Origin: Leucoraja ocellata
Lineage: Eukaryota
NCBI GenBank assembly: GCA_036785375.1
Contig: JAWMAR010003751.1
Span: forward strand, 1 to 64,000
DNA length: 64,000 nucleotides
Direction: 5' to 3'
Every line of letters begins with the position of its first letter. Position 1 is the first letter of the stretch. Both the position numbers and the translations under genes were made by a program. Below, one piece after another: positions 37,102 through 47,717 of the stretch. The notes under the pieces were generated by a model. The model was not told where the DNA came from. It saw only the letters and a list, made by a program, of their open reading frames with translations, and made no database searches.

Positions 37102-38808
37102 AACATAGAAACATAGAAACATAGAACATAGGTGCAGGAGTAGGCCATTCGGCCCTTCGACCCTGCACCGCCATTCGATATGATCATGGCTGATCATCCA
37201 ACTCAGTATTCCATCCCTGCCTCCTCTCCATACCCCCTGATCCCCTTAGCCACAAGGGCCACATCTAACTCCCTCTTAAATATAGCCAATGAACTGGCCT
37301 CAACTACGTTATGTGGCAGAGAATTCCACAGATTCACCACTCTCTGTAAAAAAATGATTTTCTCATCTCGGTCCTAAAAGACTTCCCTCTTATTCTCAAA
37401 CTGTGACCCCTAGTTCTGGACTTCCCCAACATCGGGAACAATCTTCCTGCATTTAGCGTGTCCAACCACTTAAGAATTTTGTAAGTTTCTATAAGAGCCC
37501 CCCTCAATCTTCTAAATTCTAGCGAGTACAAGCCGAGTCTATCCAGTCTTTCTTCATATGAAAGTCCTGCCATCCCAGGAATCAGTCTGGTGAACCTTCT
37601 ATGTACTCCCTCTATGGCAAGAATGTCTTTCCTCAGATTCGGAGACCAAAACTGTACGCAATACTCCAGGTGTGGTCTCACCAAGACCATGTACAAATGC
37701 AGTAGAACCTCCCTGCTCTTATACTCAAATCCTTTTGCTATGAATGCTAACACGTATTGCAGTATAATGTGGATAAATGTGAGGTTATCCAGTTTGGTGG
37801 CAAAAACAGGAAAGCAGACTATTATCTAAATGGTGGCCGACTAGGAAAAGGGGAGATGCAGCGAGACCTGGGTGTCATGGTACACCAGTCATTCAAAGTT
37901 GGCATGCATGTGCAGCAGGCAGTGAAGAAAGCGAATGGTATGTTAGCTTTCATAGCAAAATGATTTGAGTATAGGAGCAGGGAGGCTCTACTGCAGTTGT
38001 ACAGGGTCTTGGTGGGACCACACCTGGAGTATTGCGTACAGTTTTGGTCTCCAAATCTGAGGAAGTTTAGTATTGCCATAGAGGGAGTGCAGAGAAGGTT
38101 CACCAGACTGATTCCTGGTATGTCAGGACTGTCTTATGAAGAAAGACTGTATAGACTTGGTTTATACTCTCTAGAATTTAGGAGATTGAGAGGGGATATT
38201 ATAGAAACTTACAAAATTCTTAAGGGGTTGGACAGGCTAGATGCAGGAAGATTGCTCCCGATGTTGGGGAAGTCCAGGACAAGGGGTCACAGCTTAAGGA
38301 TAAGGGGGAAATCCTTTATAACCGAGATGAAAAGAACTTTTTTCACACAGAGAGCGGTGAATCTCTGGAACTCTCTGCCACAGAGTGTAGTCGAGGCCAG
38401 TTCATTGGCTATATTTAACAGGGAGTTATATGTGACCCTTGTGGCTAAGGGGATCAGAGGGTATGGAGAGAAGGCAGGTAGGGGATACTGAGTTGGATGA
38501 TCAGCCATGATCATATTGAATGGCGGTGCAGGCTCGAAGGGCCGAATGGCCTACTCCTGCACCTAATTTCTATGTTCCTATGTTTCTATGTTTCTAACGT
38601 ACCATTTGCTTTCTTCACTGCCTGCTGCACCTGCATTCCTACTTTCAATGACTGGTGTAGCATGACACCCAGGTCTCGTTGCATCTCCCCTCTTCCTAAT
38701 CGGCCACCATTCAGATAATAGTCTACTTTCCTGTTTTTGCCACCAAAGTGGATAACCTCACATTTATCCACATTATACTGCATCTGCCATGCATTTGCCC
38801 ACTCACCA
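37102..38808 (-). mobile_element. Minus-strand CR1 3' fragment interrupted by a plus-strand CR1 (37757-38596)
   Basis: (ACATAGAA)n tail at 37102; the insert ends in a (TTCTATGT)n tail and is flanked by ACGTA at 37752-37756 and 38597-38601. Confidence 0.88.
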
Positions 38809-39041
38809 CTAAAGTACAGGTGTAACTCAACTGGTCAGGCAGCGCCTCTGGAGGTGGGAGCGAGGAAGTGCAGAGGCTGGTGGATGCACATCAGAAAGTA
38901 CTGGAGTAGATCAGCGGGTCAGAAGCATCTCTGGAGAATATGGACAGGCGACGTTTCGGGTCTGGACCTCTCTTCAGACGGATTTCCCATTTCTTCCGCA
39001 GATGCTGCCTGACCTGTTTTTGTGTTTGTTTCTGCCCACAG

Positions 39042-39086
39042 GAAGCCGTCCAAAGATGCAGTGGAGTGTGGTCGCTTGGTCCGTTC
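39042..39086 (+). CDS. Leader (signal peptide) exon of unit C, ATG at 39056, truncated by an assembly gap
   Basis: TTTGTTTCTGCCCACAG|GAAGCCGTCCAAAGATG, reading MQWSVVAWSV...; paralog of 17408-17455. Confidence 0.65.
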
Positions 39087-39678
39087 NNNNNNNNNNNNNN
39101 NNNNNNNNNNNNNNNNNNNNNNNNNNNNNNNNNNNNNNNNNNNNNNNNNNNNNNNNNNNNNNNNNNNNNNNNNNNNNNNNNNNNNNNNNNNNNNNNNNNN
39201 NNNNNNNNNNNNNNNNNNNNNNNNNNNNNNNNNNNNNNNNNNNNNNNNNNNNNNNNNNNNNNNNNNNNNNNNNNNNNNNNNNNNNNNNNNNNNNNNNNNN
39301 NNNNNNNNNNNNNNNNNNNNNNNNNNNNNNNNNNNNNNNNNNNNNNNNNNNNNNNNNNNNNNNNNNGGGGTTGTGGGGAAGTGGAGAGAGAGAAGGAGAG
39401 GGAGAGCGTGGGGCGGAGTGTGTGGTANNNNNNNNNNNNNNNNNNNNNNNNNNNNNNNNNNNNNNNNNNNNNNNNNNNNNNNNNNNNNNNNNNNNNNNNN
39501 NNNNNNNNNNNNNNNNNNNNNNNNNNNNNNNNNNNNNNNNNNNNNNNNNNNNNNNNNNNNNNNNNNNNNNNNNNNNNNNNNNNNNNNNNNNNNNNNNNNN
39601 NNNNNNNNNNNNNNNNNNNNNNNNNNNNNNNNNNNNNNNNNNNNNNNNNNNNNNNNNNNNNNNNNNNNNNNNNNNNNA
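39087..39678. other. Assembly gap (N runs) with a G/A-rich island at 39367-39427
   Basis: N characters in the sequence. Confidence 0.99.
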
Positions 39679-39814
39679 CTTGAAACGTTGAGACATAGAA
39701 AGGCCATGATCCTAACGCGAGTAAATGGGATTGTGTAGATAGGTGTAATGGATGGCATTGACAGGGTGGGCCGAAAGGCCAGCGCCGAGACTATAATATT
39801 ATTTCTGGTTTCAG

Positions 39815-40145
39815 GTGCTGTTGGATCCGATGAATCGATCATACAATCACCGAAACAGATCAGTTACTGAAGGCGGGACTGTGCGGCTAAACTGTGCAGT
39901 TGTTGGCGACACAATCCGTTCAATTGGGTCCATTAGTTGGTACAAAGACGTGGAAACTCGTGACGTTTCCAACAGGAGCGGCGACTATTATGGTCGCGTT
40001 CTGAAATATAATTCACCGGGAATTATAAAAGAATCCCTCGAAATCACTGACCTCAAAATGACCGATACAGGAAGGTATTACTGCCGATGGACTAGTTTCA
40101 CAGGGGAAATATATAATGGGCCCGGCACAGATGTCACGGTCACAC
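39815..40145 (+). pseudogene. Ig V exon V5 (unit C), single 2-nt deletion near the start
   Basis: ATCAGTT vs ATCACAGTT in paralogs. The rest is open: VTEGGTVRLNCAVVGDTIRSIGSISWYKDVETRDVSNRSGDYYGRVLKYNSPGIIKESLEITDLKMTDTGRYYCRWTSFTGEIYNGPGTDVTVT. Splice sites intact; 331 nt. Confidence 0.8.
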
Positions 40146-41842
40146 GTAAGTTTGCGTTACCTTAACTTTGTCTTTACCGTTCTCAAAAACATCCTTAACA
40201 CCGGCCACCAACAACGAAACGTTGTCAGATCAGATTTAGGAACCAGGGGGCACAGTTTTGAAAATAAGGGGTAGGCCATTTAGAACGGAGACGAGGAAAC
40301 ATCTTTTCACCCAGATAGTTGTGAATCTGTGAAATTCTCTGCCACAAAAGGCAGTGGATGTTTTAAAGAGGGAGTTAGATTTAGCTCTTAGGGCTAATGG
40401 AATCAAGAGATATGGGGAGAATGCAGGAACGGGGTACTGATTTCAGATGATCATATTGAATGGCGGTGCTGTCTGGAAGGGCTGAATGGCCTACTTCTGC
40501 GCCTATTGTTTTCTGTTTTGTTTTTTTAAATTCCAATGTGCAAGATCAGTCACAGTGTGATACAGTGTGGAAACAGGCCCTTCGGCCCAACTTGCCCACA
40601 CCGGCCAACAATGTCCCATCTACACTAGTCACAGAGTGATACAGTGTGGAAACAGGCCCTTCGGCCCAACTTGCCCACACCGGCCAACATGTCCCATCTA
40701 TACTAGTCCCAACTGCCTGCGCCTGGTCCATATCCCTCCAAATCTGTCCTATACATGTACCTGTCCAACTGTTTCTTAAACGATGGTATAGCCCCAGCCT
40801 CAACTACCTCCTCTGGCAGCTTGTTCCATAAATCGAGCGCCCTCTGTGCGAAAAAAATACCCATGGGATTCTTACTAAATCTTTCCCCCTTCACCTTGAA
40901 CCTGTGTCCTCTGGTCCTCGATTGCCCTACTCTGGGCTAGAGACTGTGCATCAGTGTACGGGATGAAGAGAGAATTGGTGCATAATTTGATATAATCCGT
41001 GCCGATTTCATGGTCGCTTTCGACGCTGTAACATCCATGAATGTTGAAGCACAAAATCGGAATAACAAACATATGACCATTACCTGGCGGGGAAGATGGA
41101 GGAACTGTAAGGAAAGTACAGTGGGTTCAGGAAAGCTGGAGAGAGGGGCAACACGGTGGCGCGGTGGCAGAGTCGCTGCCTTACAGCGCCAGGGACCCCG
41201 GGTTCGATCCTGACTACGGGTTCTGTCTGTACGGAGTTTACGTTCCCCCTGCGTGGGTTTCACCGGGAGCTCCGTTTTCCTCCCACACTCCAAAGACGTA
41301 CTGGTTTGTAGGGAAATTACCCTCGGTAAAAAATTAAATTGTCCCTAGTGTGTGTAGAATAGCATTACTTTGCGGTGACGCTGGTCGACACGGGCTCGGT
41401 GGGCCGAAGGGCCTGCATCCGCGCTGAATCTCTAAACTAAACTAAACCATCACGATAATTGTCCATTGTGGCCGAAATCCCCATTTCTAGAACGAGGCAG
41501 GAAGCCATTTCGTTCCATGGAACAGCAAACCAGTTCCCTCTAAATTCACATTCACGCTCCAGTCACTCCGACTACTCCATAAACCAGGGGTGATTTACAG
41601 CTGCTAATTACCTAACAGGCCGCACGTCTTGGGGATGTGAGGGGATGTGAGGGGATGCACGAACGTACAGGAAAAACGCGGGCAAAATGTGCAAACTGCA
41701 CACAGATAGACAGCATCCGAGGTCAGGATCGAACCCGGATTGTCGCGAGTAAATGAGATTGTCAAGATAGGTGTAATGGATGGCATTGACGGGGTGGGCT
41801 GAAAGGCCAGCGCCGAAACTAAAAGATTATTTCTGGTTTCAG

Positions 41843-42148
41843 GAACTGTTATACAATCACCGTCTAATGTCAACGTTACTGAAGGTGGGACAGTGCGGAT
41901 TAATTGTACATTTGTTGGCAAGACAATTGGGTTCATTAGTTGGTACAAAGACGTGGAAACTCGTGCCGTTTCCAACAGGAGCGGCGACTATTATGGCCGC
42001 GTTCTGAAAAATAATTCACCGGGAATTCTAAAAGAATCCATCGACATCACTGACCTCAACATGAACGATACAGGAAGGTATTACTGCCGAGTGAGTGCTT
42101 TCACAGGGGAAATATATAATGGTCACGGCACAGATATCACGGTCACAC
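41843..42148 (+). CDS. Intact Ig V (VJ-type) exon V6 of an NKp30/NCR3-like receptor, unit C
   Basis: TTTCTGGTTTCAG| (G)TVIQSPSNVNVTEGGTVRINCTFVGKTIGFISWYKDVETRAVSNRSGDYYGRVLKNNSPGILKESIDITDLNMNDTGRYYCRVSAFTGEIYNGHGTDITVT |GTAAGT. Length 306 nt, symmetric phase 1-1. Confidence 0.88.
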
Positions 42149-43321
42149 GTAAGTTTGCGTTACCTTAACTTTGTCTTCACTGTTCTAAAACATCATTCTT
42201 AACACCGGCCACCACACGCCTGAACAACCGAGCTTTGTCAGTTCAGATTTAAGCATAGAATGTCATTTTATAAGCAGGAACCAAGGGCCACAGTTTAAGA
42301 ATAACGGGTAAGCCAATTAGAACGGAGACGAGGAAACACCTTTTGACAGAGAGTTGTGAGTCTGTGGAATTCTCTGCCTCAGAGGGCAGTGGAGGCCGGT
42401 TCTCTGGATGCTTTCAAGAGAGACCTAGATAGGGCTCTTAAAGATAGCGGAGTCAATGGATATGGGGAGAAGGCAGGAACGGGGCACTGATTGTGAATGA
42501 TCAGCCATGATCACAGTGAATGGCGGTGCTGGCTTGAAGGGCCGAATGGCCTCCTCCTGCACCTATTGTCTATTGTCTACTGCCCACACCGGCCAACAAT
42601 GTCCCAGCTACACTAGTCCCACCTGCCTGCGCCTGGTCAATATCCCACAAAACCTGTCCTATCCATGTACCTGTCCAACTGCCTCTTAAACGATGGGATA
42701 GTCCCAGCCTCAACGACCTCTGGCAGCTTGCTCCATACACCGACTATTCTTTCCATCGAAGCGCAATCCAGTTCCTCCTTAATTCACATGCACGCTCCGC
42801 TCACTCCGACTCCTCCATATATCAGGGGTAAATTACACCTGTTCATTACCTATCAGGACGCACGTCTTTGGGATGAGAGAGGAAGCAGTAACGTCCAGGG
42901 GTAACACAGGGAATAACACGGAGAACGTGCAAACTCCACACCGGCAGTCAGCATTGAGGCCGGGATACTGGCCCTCAGAGGCAGCAGCTGCTTCGGCTAT
43001 TCCCTCAAGCAATCAAGGTGGAGATAAAAGGAACAGCAGATGCGGGGTTACAAACAAAAAGACACAAAGTGCTGGAGTAACTCAGCGGGCAACGCAGCAT
43101 CTGTGGAGAACATGGATAGGTGACATTGTGGAATGCTGAAGAAGGGTGCCGACCTGAAATGTCGCCTATACACGGGGTTTGGAGATTGCATCCTTCACGT
43201 GGTCCGCCCTGTTTCGACGAATGCAATCAACCTGGTGTGCACAATCAAATAAGGTCAAATAGAACAAGTTGTCCAACAACTTTGGGCAATGTACGCCATA
43301 CGCAAGGAGAGGAATCGTATA

Positions 43322-43698
43322 CATGTTCTCCACAGATGCTGCCTGACCCGCTGAGTTACTCCAGCACTCTGTGAAACGTCACCTATCCATGTTCTCCACA
43401 GATGCTGCCTGACCCGCTGAGTTACTCCAGCACTCTGTGAAACGTTACCTATCCATGTTCTCCACAGATGCTGCCTGACCCGCTGAATTACTCCAGCACT
43501 CTGTGAAACGTCACCTATCCATGTTCTCCACAGATGCTGCCTGACCCGCTGAGTTACTCCAGCACTCTGTGAAACGTCACCTATCCATGTTCTCCACATA
43601 TGCTGCCTGACCCGCTGAGTTACTCCAGCACTCTGTGAAACGTCACCTATCCATGTTCTCCACAGATGCTGCCTGACCCGCTGAGTTACTCCAGCACT
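43322..43698. repeat. 66-bp minisatellite, unit C (~5.7 copies)
   Basis: Same unit as 1440-1883. Confidence 0.95.
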
Positions 43699-43867
43699 TT
43701 GAATTCTATGCAAGATTCCCACATCTGTTGTTACTGTTCAGGCAACTGAAGTGTGCGAATTGGTCTACGTTTACAATGACAGTGGGAACATCTCGGTGTA
43801 TAAGAATGGAAGGAGACAGAAAGACACTGGGAAAGTAATTGGTGAACTTGATGTTTTATTCCTACAG

Positions 43868-44025
43868 GCCGGATCCCTGTAGAAAGCCCTGCATGGGGAT
43901 TACGTTGGCAGCTGCTGGTAATGGGAGTGAAACTTGTAACGTTCATTGTGATCAACGTTATAATAGTTTTCATCATCCGCTCATGGGAGACTTGTGGATT
44001 TGCCAGCCCGACAAAAGAAGCCTAA
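43868..44025 (+). CDS. Stalk/TM/cytoplasmic exon, unit C
   Basis: TTTTATTCCTACAG| (R)RIPVESPAWGLRWQLLVMGVKLVTFIVINVIIVFIIRSWETCGFASPTKEA*; donor at 44040/44041. Confidence 0.85.
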
Positions 44026-45445
44026 CAGGCTGGTCAAACGGTAAGAGGATTGCCAGCGCCATGTGTGGGTTGTATTAGCAGCTGAGGTCACTGGACAATG
44101 GGGCATTTTATTGTCACCTGCGAGGTGCCACCACAGTGAAAATGTTGTCCTTACAAACTAAACTAAACTAAACTAAACTAAACTAAACTAAACTAAACTA
44201 AACTAAACTGAACTAAACTAAACTAAATTAAACTAAACTAAACTAAACGAAACTCAGCTAAATTAAACTGAACTAAATCAAACTAAATTAAACTAAACTA
44301 AACTAAACGAAACTGAGCTAAATTAAACTTAACTTAACTAAACTTAACCAAACCAAACTAAACAAAATTAAACTAACCTAAACTAAAATAAATTAAACTA
44401 AAATAAATTACACTAAACTAAACTAAACTAAACTAAAACAAACTTATCTAAATTTAAACAAAGGAATCCAAAGCATAGCAAACAAAACTAAACTAAACTA
44501 AATTAACCTAAACTAAACATAGAAACGAAACTAAAATAAACTAAACTAAACAGAAATACTCTAAACGAAACGAAACTTAACTAAACTAAGCTCAACTTAA
44601 CTTAACTAAACAAAAACAAACTTAACTAAACTTAACCAAACCAAACCAAACTAAATTAAACAAATCTAAACTAAACTTAAATTAACAACTAAACTAATCT
44701 TCAATACATTCAGTTCCATTGAAATCCCGCACCCCCTTGGCCACGCTCTCATTACACTCCTACCATCAAGTAGAAGATATCTGAGTCTGAAAACCGTGAA
44801 CACAAGGTTCAAGAACAGCTTCTTCCCTGCAACTATCAGGCTCTTGAACCCCACAGAAGACTAGGCTCAACTATGAACATGAATGGACTTCCTTGTGTTG
44901 CACCAAGGATCTTGTATTTTCGTGTTTGCACCAGATACACATTTATTGTCGGTTTTGTTTATTATATTTTATCTAAGTGTGTTGTATGTACAGGCCTGTT
45001 ATGCTGTTGCCAGTAAGAATTCCATTGTCCGGTTGTCGGTACAACAAACTTAGATAAAATATATTCAACAAAACCAATAACAAATTTGTAATTAGTGCAA
45101 ACCCTCTTGAATCTTGCAACGTAGACTTACTGCAACAAAACAAAGGCGAGCTGGCAGGGAAAACTAGACCGAACCTGGCAAGAAATAAGGAGCTCATCCA
45201 GGACTTGGATGGTACATGGATAGGTGGGTTTAGTGTAGCTGAGACATGTTGGCCGGTGTGGGGAGTATGGGCCATAAGATCCTGTTTCCACGCTGTATCA
45301 CTCCATGACTCTATGACTAGGAGCCATGTGGACACATACTTGACAAGAACTTTAATAACAATAATGTAGTCAATTGTGTTCAATGCTATTAATGTTTTTG
45401 TGCCTGTACATGTGGTATAATAATATATCTATTTTATTTTCACAG

Positions 45446-45623
45446 ACCATAAGTGTTGAACTCCCTACATATTTGAATCAACTCATCCAACAGATCAAAC
45501 CATGAAAAGAAAACTCATTACTGAATCAACATTAGCTCAGTCAGCTGTGCTGATACTGTTGTGGGCCATTTGGGATAATGTAATTTGTGAAATCTTAGAC
45601 TCATTAAAACTCCACATTGCCTT
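45446..45623 (+). other. Terminal 3'-UTR exon, unit C, ATTAAA at 45603-45608
   Basis: Paralog of 3563-3740. Confidence 0.6.
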
Positions 45624-47717
45624 CTTGTTTGTTCGTTCCTGACAACAACAGATTCAAGTCAGAGTGGTTACATTTCAAACGCAGACCATTAGACAATAGA
45701 AAATAGACAATATTTGGTCTACAGTATACAAGCCCAGCCGCTCCATTCTCTCAGCATATAACAGTCCTGCAATCCCGGGAATTAACCTTGTAAACCTACA
45801 CTGCACTCCCTCAATAGCAAGAATGTCCTTCCTCAAATTAGGGGACCACAACTGCGGATTACTCCAGGTGTGGTCTCACTAGGGCCCTGTGCAACTGCAG
45901 AAGGATCTCTTTGCTCCTATACTCACCTCCTCTTGTTATAAGGGCCAACATGCCATTCGCTTTCTTCACTGCCTGCTGCACCTGCATGCCCACTTTCATT
46001 GACTGATGAACAAGGACCCAGATCCTGCTGCACCTCCCCAAGCGACGATACCCTGTGAAGAAGCGTCTTCACCTGAAACATCACCCATTCCTTTTCTCCA
46101 CAGATGCTGCCTGACCCGCGGAGTTACTCCAGCTTTTTGTATCTATTTTCGGACAGTCCTCTTGTGTTCCATTTGCCTGATGGATCTCCCGGTTTCAAAC
46201 CATTTTAACTCTCCTTCCCATTCCCACACCGACCCCTCTGCCCTGAGTCTCCTCCATTGCCTGAGTGAGGCCATTGGAGAAACTGGACCTCATTCTCCAT
46301 CTCGGTAGCTTAGAACCCAATATTGAACTGTGAATTTTCTAATGTCAGATCACGCCAGTTCTGGCGACAGTTCGAGCTCGACAAACGAATCTTCGACACC
46401 AATGTGTCTCGGCCACAAGATGCGCCACAATGGTGTGATTTGACAGAGATTGTTACAGGTTGTAATAATAGACCAATAATGACACTTTGTTAATAGGATC
46501 TTGTTCATGTTCTTTGTATAATGACAACAATTTATCGCTGAACGATGTGCGCTGGAAAGTTATTAAAAGTCCTGCTGTATCCGAAACTGTAATAAGTCTC
46601 ATCTGTTACACGGATGTCCATTCTACCGGTATATACACGTATGTGTCTCATAAGGTCATAAGGTCATAAGTGATAGAATTAGGCCATTTGGCCCATCAAG
46701 TCTACTCCACCATTCAATCATGGCTGATCTATATCTCCCTCCTAACCCATCCCCCTGCCTTCTCCCCATTCCTCTAACACCTGTACTAATCAATAATCTA
46801 TCTATCTTTGCATTACAAATATCCACTGATTTGACATCCACAACCTTCTGTGGCAAATAATTCCACAGATTCACCACCCTCTGACTAAATAAATTCCTCC
46901 CCATCTCCTTCCGAAAAGAACCTCCTTTAATTCTGAGGCTATGACCTCGAGTCCTAGACTCTCTCGTTAGTGGAATAATCCTCTCCACATCCACTCTATC
47001 CAAGCCTTTCACTATTCAGTAAATGTCAATGAGATCACCTCTCATCCTTCTAAATTCCTGCTGGTACAGGCCCGGTGCCGTCAAACGCTCATCATATGTT
47101 AACACACTCAATCCTGGGATCATTCTTGTAAATCTCCTGTGGGCCCTCTCCGGAGCCAACACATCCTTCCTCAGATATTGGTCTTGTAGAATCCTACAGC
47201 TCCTCCCGTGGCGTTCACTGCAACCCGATCTCAGATAAAACATTTCCAATCTCCGCAATGTGTTAACAAACAATCTGAAATAGTGTTTGAAATTAACCCA
47301 AGGAATATACACAAGTAAAAGATCACAACATTCCAAAGGAGCAGCAGCAACTGTGGAGAACATGGTTATTACCGGATTGTCTGCAGAACAAAGCATTTCA
47401 CTGCATCAAGGTACATGTGAGAATCAAGTATCATTAGGGCGGCACGGTGGCGCAGCGGTAGAGTTGCTGCTTTCAGCGGCAGAATCGCAGGTTCGATACC
47501 GACTACGGCTACTGTCTGTACGGAGTTTGTTCGTCCTGTTGTCTCCGAGATCTCCAGTTTCATCCCACACTCCAAAGACATACAGGTTTGTAGGTTAATT
47601 GGTCAGTATATATGTAAATTGTCCCTAGTGTGTGTAGTGTAGTATTAATGTGCGGGGATCGCTGGTCGGTGGGGACACGGTGGGCCGAATGGCCTGTTTC
47701 CGCGCTGTACCGCCAAA

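Larger units (their letters stand above)
17275..38908 (+). repeat. Tandem segmental duplication unit B (~21.6 kb), paralogous to unit A (1-17274) and unit C (38909 to ~58.9 kb)
   Basis: Same order of exons, minisatellites, SINEs, CR1 fragments and Tc1 at the same TA site. TM exon offsets are 21805 and 20011 bp. Confidence 0.9.
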
